From Octopus bimaculoides (taxonomy: Eukaryota), in contig NC_068984.1 of NCBI RefSeq assembly GCF_001194135.2, forward strand, positions 5,892,774-5,934,334: a stretch of 41,561 nt of DNA. Reading direction: 5' to 3'. Shown here in pieces: positions 11,531-23,560 of this stretch (position 1 is the first letter of the stretch; each line of letters starts with the position of its first letter). The translations under genes were made by a program, and so were the position numbers. The notes beneath the pieces are model-generated. The model made no database searches. It saw nothing but the letters and a program-made list of their open reading frames with translations, and had not been told where the DNA came from.

Positions 11531-12484
11531 CAGATCGGTAAGTAAGCAGGTGTAGAAGCTGTGAATCGCGCCTGTCGCCACTTTATAAATGAAGAAGCCA
11601 TATCCATAGTTATTTCTTCCAGCCTACCAACTCCATTTGCTAAATTGCTGTGGCTGCATAACAGTGAGCATGCTGCAATATAAGTCAGTCTAGTGCAGAT
11701 TTAAATCAGCGATTTACTTTTAAAGAACGTTCAGCTCAGTGCACTGGGGAGAAATCCTGATAGAATAATGTTTAGCCGACTGACATTTCTGGATAAAGTG
11801 GTAAGGGACGTTACTACTTAAATGATCGCTTCCATAGATAGAAATTGGGAAGATAACGGATGTTTCTGATTCTATTAAGTAGATGAAATGAAGCTCACGT
11901 GTAGAGAGCGATGTGGGTATGTGAGAGGAAAAGGAAACAGAGATAAGTAAAGGTGTGGAGCGTGTCTCAAACAGGGGAGGGGGTGGAAGAAGGAGGAGAG
12001 AGAGGAATGAGGGAGAAGGAGAGGGAGGGAAGATAACGTAAGTATCGTAAGAAAGTTTGTGATTGTTCGTACTTCAACTTCATAAAATGAATACCTGGTT
12101 TAAAAAAGGTGTGTTTTCACAGAATCGATGGAATTCGTCGTTTTAATAGCTTCACTTACACACACACACACACANNNNNNNNNNNNNNNNNNNNNNNNNN
12201 NNNNNNNNNNNNNNNNNNNNNNNNNNNNNNNNNNNNNNNNNNNNNNNNNNNNNNNNNNNNNNNNNNNNNNNNNNNNNNNNNNNNNNNNNNNNNNNNNNNN
12301 NNNNNNNNNNNNNNNNNNNNNNNNNNNNNNNNNNNNNNNNNNNNNNNNNNNNNNNNNNNNNNNNNNNNNNNNNNNNNNNNNNNNNNNNNNNNNNNNNNNN
12401 NNNNNNNNNNNNNNNNNNNNNNNNNNNNNNNNNNNNNNNNNNNNNNNNNNNNNNNNNNNNNNNNNNNNNNNNNNNNNNNNNNNN

Positions 12485-12554
<70 letters not shown>

Positions 12555-13518
12555 ATATGTATATATACATATACATATGTGTGCGTGTGTGTATTATATA
12601 TTTTAAATATAAAAAATCGACATTTACTTACCTCCATTAGTTATGTTCTATTTAGAGCATTTAAGAAAATCCTATGACAAGTATGGAAATGTTTTAAACC
12701 GTTCCTGTTTCAAAACTTGGTGCAGACGCATTACAGTAATGTCTACAGTGTTCAAAGCAATGATTGAAGAATAAATATACTTTGAATTCCTAAGTGAAAT
12801 ATATTCTATAAAAATACATTTAATGTTAATGGCTTAGTGCGATATTTTCCTCATAATTAGCCTGAAACTGTTAAGAAAACCCCACAACATTGAACATTCT
12901 TGATGACTCATTAATTCTCAAAGCTCTTAAGAATTTCCTGAAATCCGACAATTATCTCAAAATATTTAAAAACACATTTACATTTTCGCGTATCATCTTG
13001 TGTCAAGGGTCCATCTAGTACTAAGCTCTCTCTACATATGAATAAGTCATAAAATAAAGATCCAAGATCCGCAACATCAGAGCCTACAATCTCTGATGAA
13101 TTCTCAAGGACCCTCCCCGAAACTCGACTACGATACACATTGTAGTATTTTTCGAATACCTGGTATGCTATAGTCACTACACACTAAAACATTATCGATA
13201 ACATCCATGAAATCAATCATCTGGGAAATTAGCAAAGTGTATTTCACCAACTACACCACTGACTACAACCTCTAATATATATTTTTTAGTTTAACTCTAT
13301 AGATGTGCCATAAAATTTGCAGGCAGCACTGAAAGTTACGTTTCGCATACGAATACGTATCTGTAAACAATCGAAAATAGAGAAAATAGGTAATGGGTGT
13401 ATATACACATTTCAAGAATTATTGCTCTTTCGTCAGCACCACATCCAACACATCTTGTATCCATTAACGCATTGCTTGAATATCCACATCGGCGCAGCAG
13501 TGGCTGTGGTAAGAAGGC

Positions 13519-13721
13519 AGCGAGCTGGCAGAAACGTTAGCACACCTGGCGAAATGCTTAGCGGTATTTCGTCTGCCGCTACGTTCTGAGTTAAAATTCA
13601 GCCGAGGTTGACTTTGCCTTTCATCCTTTCGGGGTCGATTAAATAAGTACCAGTTACGCACTGGGGTCGATATAATCGACTTAATCCGTTTATCTGTCTT
13701 TGTTTGTCCCCTCTGCGTAGC
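13519..13721 (+). mobile_element. Meta/MESC-domain-like tRNA-derived SINE (OR1-like) nested in the CORE-SINE head
   Basis: GGCAGCGAGCTGGCAGAAACGTTAGC...GTTCTGAGTTAAAATTC (B-box-like)...GAGGTTGACTTTGCCTTTCATCCTTTCGGGGTCGATTAAATAAGTACCAG. Confidence 0.85.
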
Positions 13722-13865
13722 CCTTACTTCCCAACCACATAGCTCCGGGTTCGGTCCCACTGCGTGGCACCTTGGGCAGGTGTTTTCTACCATAGCCTCG
13801 AGCCGATTAAAGCCGTGTGAGTGGATTTGGCAGACAGAAACTGAAAGAAGCCCGTCGTATATATA

Positions 13866-14398
13866 TTCTTTTATTTCATTCTCTTATTTGTTTGTCATTT
13901 GACAGCGGCCATGCTGGGGCACCGCCATTAGTCGAACAAATCGACCCCAGAATTTATTCTTTATAAGCCTAGTACTTATTCTATCAGTCTCTTTTGGTGA
14001 AACGTTAAGTTACGGTNNNNNNNNNNNNNNNNNNNNNNNNNNNNNNNNNNNNNNNNNNNNNNNNNNNNNNNNNNNNNNNNNNNNNNNNNNNNNNNNNNNN
14101 NNNNNNNNNNNNNNNNNNNNNNNNNNNNNNNNNNNNNNNNNNNNNNNNNNNNNNNNNNNNNNNNNNNNNNNNNNNNNNNNNNNNNNNNNNNNNNNNNNNN
14201 NNNNNNNNNNNNNNNNNNNNNNNNNNNNNNNNNNNNNNNNNNNNNNNNNNNNNNNNNNNNNNNNNNNNNCGTCTACCAAATCCACTCACAAGGCTTTAGT
14301 CAGCCCGAGGCTATAATAAAAGACACTTGCCCAAGGTGCCACGCAGTGGGACTGAACCCGGAACCATGTGGCTGGTAAGCAAGCTACTTGCCACACAC
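13866..14398 (-). mobile_element. Inverted CORE-type SINE nested in the central microsatellite of the host copy (N-gap inside)
   Basis: Tail at 13866-14015 and head at 14270-14398 are both on the minus strand. Confidence 0.82.
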
Positions 14399-14679
14399 TT
14401 TATTTATGTGTGCGTATCTTTGTGCCTGATCCCCCCCTCACCGTCGCTTGACAACCGATGCTGGTGTGTTTATGCCCCCGAAACTTAGCAAAAGAGACCG
14501 ATAGAATAAGTGCTAGGCTTACAAAAAACAAGTCCTGGGATTGATGTCTTCGCCTAAAAGTGGTGCTCCAGCATGTCCGCAGTCAAATCACTGAAACATA
14601 TAAAAGAGTATACTAAGAAATAAGCATGCTCAATTTGATTTATACCAAATGATTTAGGTATATGTATAGGTTATTTCTC

Positions 14680-14964
14680 TTGGCTGTTAAAATGAAATAC
14701 ATTAGATATATATAAGGATCCCTTCCATTGGTCCTATTATCGATTTTTTCAACAATCTGAGTATGCCATGAGGGTTCCAGACATGATTTTCATCAACATC
14801 GATAAAGCGATGAAGGAGAAGTTTACTAACAACTCCACATTTCCCACATATGTAGTAGATATTGTATTTGATAGAGCTTTCTTTCTTTTTTCGTTGCTGG
14901 ATCTAAACAAAGGGCTGTTGCCGATAGCTTTCGCAAGTACTATTAGACCGGTGAAGATCTGAAC
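14680..14964 (-). pseudogene. Possible class-A (rhodopsin-like) GPCR relic, TM1-TM3
   Basis: A 71-codon stop-free stretch (14964-14752) reads VQIFTGLIVLAKAIGNSPLFRSSNEKRKKALSNTISTTYVGNVELLVNFSFIALSMLMKIMSGTLMAYSDC. It shows a TM1 GN motif, a basic ICL1, a TM2-like YVGN..LLV and a terminal Cys. A frameshifted ILIYI*CISF follows. Motif-level resemblance only. Confidence 0.33.
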
Positions 14965-15884
14965 TTAAAGGCTAATACAAGTCCAGAAGTGTGCTGAATA
15001 TACCAAAGATGCCGTGAAGAGAAGGTATTATGGAATAATGTTGCGCAGTAATTATATTCCTAGTCTAGAAAAATTCGATGCTTGGTGACATTTGAATACA
15101 GAATATAAAAAAAAAATTGAAGAAATACCACACGGTGCATTGTCCGTCGCTCTGCCGATTCGACGATCAACCGTTCAATAATTTTCTTCCTGATGTAATC
15201 AGATTTGATTGTTATCGCTTTCTTTTTGTAGCATTTTATACGACGCCTAAAAATGGTATGCTTTAAATGATTGGAAGAAGATACCCGCCCTTTTGACACT
15301 ACAACGTGAAAATCGATAACAACTTTTGATTAGTCCCTATAATGATCCTCGATTTCAATGCAGAATCTTGTTCTTAAATATTGATTAACAGAAATAGATT
15401 GTAGCCGTCGTCAAGTTTCAATTAAACTCTAAGTTTACCAAAAGATCTTTCATTGCTTCTGTAGCTTCTTTCATTAAAACACGCATCTCTTATTCAATAG
15501 CCATCTATGTATTATGTTTAATTTTAATTTCATACAGCCTCAATTACATATGGCGGATATTTATACAGACTAGAAAATAATTTTAGGATTCAAGATTAAA
15601 GGGAGAAAGCAAACAGGATTGAGACGGGTCGCGATTAGCTAATAGTCGAGAGATCGATGGAATGTGCTTCCTGGGATCACAAGAAATGGTGTTGTCATAG
15701 TTTAATGCAAGAAATATAATCGATAATGATTGTTGATTCTATAATATATAATACGTAGCGTACACGCAAAAAAGCACACGTGTGCACACAATAAAGATGA
15801 TGGAAAATACATCCCTGGGGGAGGATTCTGAATCCACTCATTTATTAAATATCCGAATGTAGAATTCTGAATGATAGACACAAG

Positions 15885-16216
15885 CACTTGGAACACTCCG
15901 TCGGTTACGACGACGAAGGTCCCAGCTGATACGGTCAACGGAACAGCTTGCTCGTGAAATTAACGTGCAAGTGAATGAGCAATCCACAGACAAGTGTACC
16001 CTTAACGTAGTTCTCGGGGAGACTCAGCGTGACACAGAGTGTGACAAGGCCGGCCGTTTGAAATACAGGTACAACTCATTTTTGCCAGCTGAGTGGACTG
16101 GAGCAACGTGAAAAGAAAGTGTCTTGTTCAAGGACACAATGCGTCGCCGGGAATTGAACTCACGACCTTACAATCGCGAGCCGAATGCCCTAACTACTAA
16201 GCCACGCGCCTTCACA
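15885..16216 (-). mobile_element. Second CORE-type tRNA-derived SINE family, near full length
   Basis: Minus-strand head GAAGGCGCGTGGCTTAGTAGTTAGGGC (A box)...GAGTTCAATTCCC (B box)...TGTGTCCTTGAACAAGACACTT (CORE)...CACGTTGCTCCAGTCCACTCAGCTGG. Confidence 0.88.
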
Positions 16217-16222
16217 CAAGCA

Positions 16223-16253
<31 letters not shown>

Positions 16254-16496
16254 ACCACTCACAGATACACTACATACATGTGTGTGTATTTTGCTTTTAA
16301 ATCCGAGAAATGAAAGTATCGNNNNNNNNNNNNNNNNNNNNNNNNNNNNNNNNNNNNNNNNNNNNNNNNNNNNNNNNNNNNNNNNNNNNNNNNNNNNNNN
16401 NNNNNNNNNNNNNNNNNNNNNNNNNNNNNNNNNNNNNNNNNNNNNNNNNNNNNNNNNNNNNNNNNNNNNNNNNNNNNNNNNNNNNNNNNNNNNNNN

Positions 16497-16534
<38 letters not shown>

Positions 16535-16697
16535 CAGTAAAAAATTCGGTGGGACATTCCACGTGATGGTAAATAAGATTTAAAGTGAAAAAGCACATAA
16601 ATCATGTTTGTATAGATAAAGATTACTTAATCCATTACAATATGTACAGAGTCGACCGGTTTCGCTTCACTTATCATACGTTTTTGATTTAATCTTG

Positions 16698-16995
16698 CGT
16701 AGGTGCAGGTATGAAAATCTCATCTACGTCATAATATGTTCCAGCTGCAGTAGGAACAATATAGGCTCAACAAGAATGTCCCTCAGACGTAGATCCAACA
16801 CTACACAAACAATAAATATACCACTCTCAATACCGTCAAATACCACTCAGTGTTCACACAGACAGATGTGTTAAGGATCGCCAACCACAATACACATTAT
16901 TCTCACTATACCAATGCACGGAAAGTACCTCAACTCAACAAAGACTAATTAAAGGAGCCACATGTATTGAAAAATACAAACCAGAACTTCACATG
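16698..16995 (+). mobile_element. Penelope-like GIY-YIG endonuclease C-terminal fragment
   Basis: RCRYENLIYVIICSSCSRNNIGSTRMSLRRR (LIY...IG), then QYTLFSLYQCTESTSTQQRLIKGATCIEKYKPELH after a frameshift. Confidence 0.82.
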
Positions 16996-17389
16996 AATAT
17001 ATAATGGAATTCACAAATAAAAGCCAACCAGAAAAAAAAGTAAAAGATTTACCTCCACTTAGCTAAGATATATCAATTCCACTGACTATCTCTTTAGATA
17101 AAAAACATTATATTCACTGATTATGCCCCTTGAGCTAAACTCTCCTATATAAACACAAAACAGTTTCCTATCTGCTTTTAGGAAAGATTAAATCAAAAAA
17201 TTATAATTTCATAATAAAGTCATGATTAGCGAAGCGAAGCCAGTCGTCTCTCTATGTACTGTAATGGATTAAATAATCTTTATCTACACAAACAAGATTT
17301 CTGTGCTTTTCCATTTTAAATCTTATTTTATATATATACATACATGTATACATATATACATATATACATACATGTATGTGTGTATACAT

Positions 17390-17660
17390 GATCATTCTTT
17401 AATGTTCTTGAGAGAGACCAATCTTGACGCTAACAAAGCGACAAGGCTTTTCGAGTGAAGAGAGTTCTCAGTGTTTGTTGTAAACATGGAGTTGAGTTGG
17501 TTAAACTCTTGATCAATACGCCTAAGTGTGTGCACCTATTCACATAAGATTCTACCATAGAGAATTTTTGGATTGTCTTACGTATGTTCACAGTGCCACT
17601 AATAGATTGGATCTGGAGAATCCGCATCACTCTCTTTTGCTTTCTCCACGGAACCGAGTA
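17390..17660 (-). mobile_element. Short RLE-type retrotransposon 3' end related to the 3263-3890 copy
   Basis: VMRILQIQSISGTVNIRKTIQKF aligns with LIRRLQIQPITGTVKICKTFQKF. TATG/TACA-type repeats lie on both sides. Confidence 0.75.
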
Positions 17661-18859
17661 TTATGTATGCATGTATGTACGTATGTATGTATGTATGCAT
17701 ATGCATACACTCTTTACTCTCTTTCTTATTTCACTCATTGAACTGCAGCGATGCTGGAGATTAATGGAACAAACTGACCACAGCACATATCTAAACAAAT
17801 CAAAAAACGTTGGTCAAGGTGTGACAGAACAAACACCTGCCTACTCATACATACATACACACATATATGTGTGTGTGTGTGTGTGTGCGTGTGTGTGTGT
17901 GTGTATACACACACATGTATATATAAAGACAGAAAGAGAGAGAGAGATTAGTTGTAGATTTCAACAGAATCTAGGCACATCAGCAGGTAGGACGCCAGAA
18001 ATGGGTCCACAGTAAAGTAAAAAAAATGGGATACTGTAGATAAGTAAGTACCAAATCAATTTCAAATGTAGTTCCGATTCAGAGCCGGTTCTACGTACGC
18101 CATAGGCATATATATATATATACACACACACACACATATATAACGTAAAGGAGTGGGGGGTTTGAATTCGGGCAGGCGTCACAATACAATAAACAAGCTT
18201 TTGAGGATGTATAATTCTCCATTTTTATTTTCAACATCCTTATGTATGTGTGTGTGTATGTGTATGTGTGTGTATATGTGTGTGTATGTGTGTGTGTATG
18301 TGTGTGTGTTTGTGTGTGTGCACGTGCGTGCGAAATCTATATAAATTTGATTGCAACGACTATATTTCTGTGTTGTTTTTTTTAAATTCTTCCACCGATC
18401 ATCGTTACAATAGGAATCAGTTGAAAAGCCTTGTCCGTTATGACTATACAGGAGGGAGGCGAAGGAAAAGGTGGTATAGAATTGTATATATTATATGTTT
18501 AGTTTGGTTTATTTAAGTATACATCGCTTAATGAACGCACAAATTCTTTTAACTGATTTGGTTGTTTCTTTCTGTTGTGGTGGCGAGCTATTTATGCATG
18601 CTGTGAATGTTATGAAAGGATATTCGCTTTTAGTAGCTGTTTTGTAAAACTATTTCTGTATTTCTTCCTGAACATGCAAAATTGCAATTTGGATCATAAT
18701 TTTACATCTAAAAGGTTATTCTATGGTCGAACCTTTTATTATCTATAAATTTTTATTTGAAATTTGAGTTTTAAATCATAATTCTAGACGTGCTGCATTT
18801 ACTCGTGTATACATTCAGTTTAGTTTTTAGTTTTAGTTTTAATAAATTATGTAACCGTT

Positions 18860-19190
18860 GGCGTAGGAGTGGCTCTGTGGTAAGTAGCTTGCTTACGAAC
18901 CGCATGATTCCGCGTTCAGTCCCACTGCGTGGCACCTTGGGCAAGTGTCTTCTACTGTAGCCTCGGGCCGACCAAAGCTTTGTGAGTGGATTTGGTAGAC
19001 GGAAAACTGAAATAAGCCCGTCGTATATATATGTGTATATATATATATATATATNNNNNNNNNNNNNNNNNNNNNNNNNNNNNNNNNNNNNNNNNNNNNN
19101 NNNNNNNNNNNNNNNNNNNNNNNNNNNNNNNNNNNNNNNNNNNNNNNNNNNNNNNNNNNNNNNNNNNNNNNNNNNNNNNNNNNNNNNAGA

Positions 19191-19224
<34 letters not shown>

Positions 19225-19433
19225 TGTGTCTGTGTTTGTCCCCCCAACATCGTTTGACAACCGATGCTGGTGTGTTTACGTCCTCGTAACTTAGCGGTTC
19301 GGCAAAAGAAAACCGACATAATAAGTACTAGGCTTACAAAGAATAAGTCCTGGGGTCGATTTGCTCGACTAAAGGTGGTGCTCCAGCATGGTTACAGTCA
19401 AATGACTGAAACAAGTAAAAGATTAAAAGAGTA
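18860..19433 (+). mobile_element. Full-length CORE-type SINE (OR2-like) with central TA/TG microsatellite and N-gap
   Basis: Head GGCGTAGGAGTGGCTCTGTGGTAAG..GTTCAGTCCC, CORE GTGGCACCTTGGGCAAGTGTCTTCTAC, tail GACTGAAACAAGTAAAAGATTAAAAGA. Confidence 0.92.
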
Positions 19434-19522
19434 ACCAGGAGTTGGTGTTTGCAGTTTGTTTCTGGGGTTTGGTATCAATTTCTGTTTATAAATTCTTGCC
19501 TTTTATGAACTACGAAGCATGA

Positions 19523-19800
19523 AGACGCATGGGTTAGTGGTCAGGGTGTTCCACTTACGATCTAGAGATTGCGGTTTCAACTCTTAGACCAGGTGGTGCA
19601 TTGTGTTCTTGAGCAAAACTCTTCATCTTCCGTTGTTATGCGATCACTCCGACACCTGATGCGTTGCGCACAACGTCGATTTGATGGAGGGAGGGAATTA
19701 ATGTACGGCACATACATTTCATTACTATAGACAAATCATTTGTACAGGACGTCCAGCAGAAGCTAAACACTCAAGTGTCATCTTCGACAGGAGAGTTGAT
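19523..19800 (+). mobile_element. Degraded tRNA-derived CORE-like SINE (third family)
   Basis: GAAGACGCATGGGTTAGTGGTCAGGG (A-box-like)...GGTTTCAACTC...TTGTGTTCTTGAGCAAAAC (CORE-like). Confidence 0.65.
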
Positions 19801-20399
19801 CACGCGCGCGCGCGCATGAGAGTACGTGCAAGGCGGCACCTTTTGTACCCCACCTCCTTTTGGTATTATGCATTTTGTACTGTACATATGGGACTTTGTT
19901 GCAAGTAATTGAATTGTCTTTATTATTGTTTTGTTCTCATCGTTATAGTCACAATCACCAATAAATGTTCCTGCCTACGAACGAACTGACTTTCAGAAGA
20001 AGATGCACCGAAACTACAGAGATTCACTTTGGTTCAGTGAATATTTAAACATTGACATGTCTCAACTATTATTCCTTGATTTTGACAACGTGCTGACAAC
20101 AAACGTTTCTATGGCCTTGTACATATGTTTGTACAAAAAAAAAAAGAAAATAACAAAAAAAAAAGAAAAAATAAGGAATATAAATGGAATCTACAGAATG
20201 TTCTTATCTTTGCGGCTGGCTTCAGACTATTCTAAAGCAACAAAAACCAATGTGACATATGTTGCTATACAAATAATCGATATTATAAACAGAACAGTGA
20301 TCTTTGCAACAAGTTTGATCTGGAGATTTTTTGCAGCGTAAATTTAAATTGAAGTAACTTTCGATAAATTTTGGACAGTTTTGATGGTTCTCGTCCGTC

Positions 20400-20640
20400 A
20401 GTTGTGGTTGCTGTTTGGTGTTATTGTTTAACTCTTAGACAACCAAACGAGCAGACAAGAAAACGCATACTCAGTTAATAGAGTTCATTCTTTAATCTAA
20501 GAAAGACACAAAGCACTCTCACCATATTTTGTCTTTCCCTCTGACTGCTCAAATCGATACCGTTAACCTCTAACTTCACCTTTCACAGACAATATCTAAA
20601 GAGAAAAATGGACAGAAGAATGTAATCCAGATTACTGAGG
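20400..20640 (-). mobile_element. Degraded SINE-like repeat 3' part with (CAA)-rich tail; related copy at 35350-35555
   Basis: GTTGTGGTTGCTGTTTGGTGTTATTGTTTAACTC tail on the minus strand, weakly similar to the 35350-35555 copy. Confidence 0.4.
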
Positions 20641-20657
20641 CTCCATGCGAAAATTAG

Positions 20658-20704
<47 letters not shown>

Positions 20705-20707
20705 ATA

Positions 20708-20885
20708 AAGTTTGTGAGATGTAAATTCTCCTCAAAGATACCAACATTACAACGAATTATTTATGTACTCACATATATGTATGAGTATGAGNNNNNNNNN
20801 NAAGTTTGTGAGATGTAAATTCTCCTCAAAGATACCAACATTACAACGAATTATTTATGTACTCACATATATGTATGAGTATGAG
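20708..20885. other. Exact 84-bp duplication across a 10-N gap (probable assembly artefact)
   Basis: 20708-20791 is identical to 20802-20885, with Ns at 20792-20801. Confidence 0.9.
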
Positions 20886-20897
20886 TTTGTATGTGTT

Positions 20898-20937
<40 letters not shown>

Positions 20938-21349
20938 TGTGTGTGTGTGTGTGTGCGTGTGCGTGTGTGTGTAGCAATCTGCATACCCTACATAATGTGC
21001 ATATGCTTTAAGAGCGCCATGAAACTTCGATATTCTCAAGCCGAACAACATTAAGTAAGATATAAAGATTGCTATTCGTTACTAATACTGCTTCTGTCGC
21101 TAGAAACTTACATACAAAAATAAGAGGAATGACCAGCAAAAGTGAACTCCTATATGCTAGAAATAGATGCCGAATCATCTAACCACGAAAAAAAATATAT
21201 ATGTTCTCAGTAAAAATTCAGCGACACGACAGACTGTAGAAACTTATATAGAGAATGTAATGTTCAATTGTTGATAGATTTATCAAAAGAGTACAACATT
21301 CAACGAGGTATAAATATTATTTACCGAATACACAATGCTTGAGTTAACC

Positions 21350-21590
21350 TGCTTTCGGCAGTTATGTGATCTCGCAAGCCTCTATAAGTTACTATGCACG
21401 ATGCAGGAATCAGTTTTAAGTTTAAATTTTTGTCCCTGTTTCAAATGGAATTCTGAGCCTTTCATTATGTTGGAACAGGTTCCACAGTTCTGAGTCCGAA
21501 TACATATCAAATTGCGCAAGGAACGCTATTAAAGTCAGTCCAATATTTGCCTTATCCGAGCATGAAATTTGAAGTAGCTCACTTATAACT
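21350..21590 (-). mobile_element. Possible L2/CR1-group LINE 3' relic
   Basis: Weak YSDSELWNLF...KFKLKTDSC...RL resemblance to the LINE C-terminal xWNxxP..FK.K.K motif. Confidence 0.3.
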
Positions 21591-21593
21591 TCT

Positions 21594-21627
<34 letters not shown>

Positions 21628-21989
21628 NNNNNNNNNNNNNNNNNNNNNNNNNNNNNNNNNNNNNNNNNNNNNNNNNNNNNNNNNNNNNNNNNNNNNNNNN
21701 NNNNNNNNNNNNNNNNNNNNNNNNNNNNNNNNNNNNNNNNNNNNNNNNNNNNNNNNNNNNNNNNNNNNNNNNNNNNNNNNNNNNNNNNNNNNNNNNNNNN
21801 NNNNNNNNNNNNNNNNNNNNNNNNNNNNNNNNNNNNNNNNNNNNNNNNNNNNNNNNNNNNNNNNNNNNNNNNNNNNNNNNNNNNNNNNNNNNNNNNNNNN
21901 NNNNNNNNNNNNNNNNNNNNNNNNNNNNNNNNNNNNNNNNNNNNNNNNNNNNNNNNNNNNNNNNNNNNNNNNNNNNNNNNNNNNNNNNN

Positions 21990-22105
21990 AGTTGAAGCTT
22001 ATAGAAAAACAAAAGACGAAGACAGGTGTATAAACAGCAAACAGGTGTATTAGTTTGACGCTCGGTAAAAAAGGAAAAAGTCTTTTACGTTTCGAGCAAC
22101 GCTAG
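21990..22105 (-). mobile_element. Penelope-LTR-like terminal fragment with the 3' half of a hammerhead core
   Basis: The minus strand has AGCGTTGCTCGAAACGTAAAAGAC; the CTGANGA half is absent. Confidence 0.45.
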
Positions 22106-22904
22106 TGATGGAATAAAGCTAATACAATATACTTACCTAACTAAAATGTTTTGTATTAACTAAATACAGATAACTACGAACAAGGTACAAATAGGGTGAA
22201 CTTGGACACTTCTGGAGTGAGAATATCTTTTGTGTCGGTCACAATCTGCAAATTGGGTTTCACAGTGAGCAATTTCGTTTGCCTATAAGCATTTTCAGTG
22301 TTAGTCGAGCCGTTAGTGTCCCCAAATAATAAACCCAGAACATGATCTTCATTAACCATCTATAATCTTTGAAGACTTGGTATTCATCTCTCATTTACTC
22401 CTTAAAAAGCATAATAACTGACACGTCGTATTTCAGATGTAGCTTTAAAGTAGATTAAGCTTCTACATCGGATCTTTTAAAGGCTTGGGTTTTTCTGCAG
22501 TGGTGGGCACCTGTTTTCATTTGTTTTGACTCATAATTTAACCTTCCTTTTCTTTTCTTTAGTAGTGTCGTCCTCTTTTCTAGTTGCCCTCTCCAGCCCA
22601 TGACCGCAACATAGTGGATTAGTACTTCCACACAAATCCTCTGGCCACTGCTGTGTTTGGAGGAGAAGAGTAATGGCTTTTAGTGCCGGAGTATTGGAGA
22701 CGAGGCGATTTCACTCCCTCTTCAAAGGGAATTATTAAAGCTTTAGTAATCACTGGAGTTACACACTGTGATGCTCTTCGAACGGGTGGCGCTGCAATCG
22801 GTATCTTCTTCTCTGGAGACATGTTGTTGCTGAGGTCACTGCAGCAGTTCCCAGGCCTTGATTGATTTTCTGAGTCGATGATTATCAATGGCCTTTACTA
22901 CTAC

Positions 22905-23560
22905 ATCTGACAGGAGAGGTTATAATTGAACGGTTGAGCGTGTGGATAGAAACGATTCCGACAGGTAATAATTTGGTCTGACTACTGGTCAGATGCGCTT
23001 GAAAGCAACGCAAGTTACTGAGAACTGTACCAAAACCGGTTGCAACAATGAGCGCCACCAAACAGCAATGATCGATTCTATTGAAGATTTTGGATCGATC
23101 AATGGATTAGAGCTGTACAAAGTCAACTTTATTACCTAACCACACATGAAGTCTTCATAAAAAGATGTATCACATGGTTGGTGTAGCGAATCGCTTAGGT
23201 CTACGCCTTAATCACACTCTCGGTGATAGCCGCGGACTTGTTCGTGGGTGCCTTGGCCTAAGTCTTAGAATCTACGTTTACCAGAGTTAGGGACGGAAGT
23301 TATCGATCATATCCCTTTCGTTCTTTCTTCAGCAGAATCATGATACCTCGGATACGCTGAGAATCGGTGCCAACAACAAAACATTTGTCCTGGAAAAGAC
23401 TGGAACTTGTTCTCCAATCGATAAATAACTAATAGACACCATCTTCGCTGCTGATTAAACCCAGCAACACCAATTTATCAGCCAAATATAGGAAGGTCTG
23501 GGCTTCTTAGTGAAAGGGGACCCTGTGGTCTTTGAGAAGATCAGGGAATCATGTTTTCTG
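22905..23560 (-). mobile_element. Tx1/L1-clade reverse transcriptase relic, heavily frameshifted
   Basis: RGIMILLKK; DMIDNFRP.TLVNVDSK; DRSKIFNRIDHCCLVALIVATGFG; VVRPNYYLSESF...RSTVQL*PLLS. These correspond to Tx1 NFRPITLLNxDxK, DQSKAFDRVDH and SVRQGCPLSP. Confidence 0.82.

Larger units (their letters stand above)
13496..14610 (+). mobile_element. CORE-type SINE (host copy) interrupted by two younger SINE insertions
   Basis: The head GGCGCAGCAGTGGCTGTGGTAAGAAG resumes at about 13722 as CTTACTTCCCAACCACATAGCTCCGGGTTCGGTCCCACTGCGTGGCACCTTGGGCAGG (CORE-like). The 5' half ends at 13860 and the 3' half runs 14405-14610. Confidence 0.8.

Noticed and set aside
12650-13300. Possible Penelope RT relic (similar impressions at 1000-1400, 4320-4560, 5790-5850 and 23700-24600)
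   Set aside because: Only 4-8 residue resemblances (e.g. RYFDD, DVSALYT, KGAVVV) without consistent colinear motifs, which is not enough to call.
14768-14962. VPDMIFIN resembling Cys-loop receptor loop A (WxPDxxxxN)
   Set aside because: The Trp is absent, no Cys-loop follows, and the ORF is the mirror frame of the better GPCR-like reading.
16150-16216. tRNA-like A/B boxes here and in other SINE heads as tRNA genes
   Set aside because: They continue into CORE/Meta SINE bodies and lack a complete cloverleaf and terminator.
20708-20885. Biological tandem duplication
   Set aside because: An exact copy on each side of a 10-N gap is typical of unmerged overlapping contig ends.
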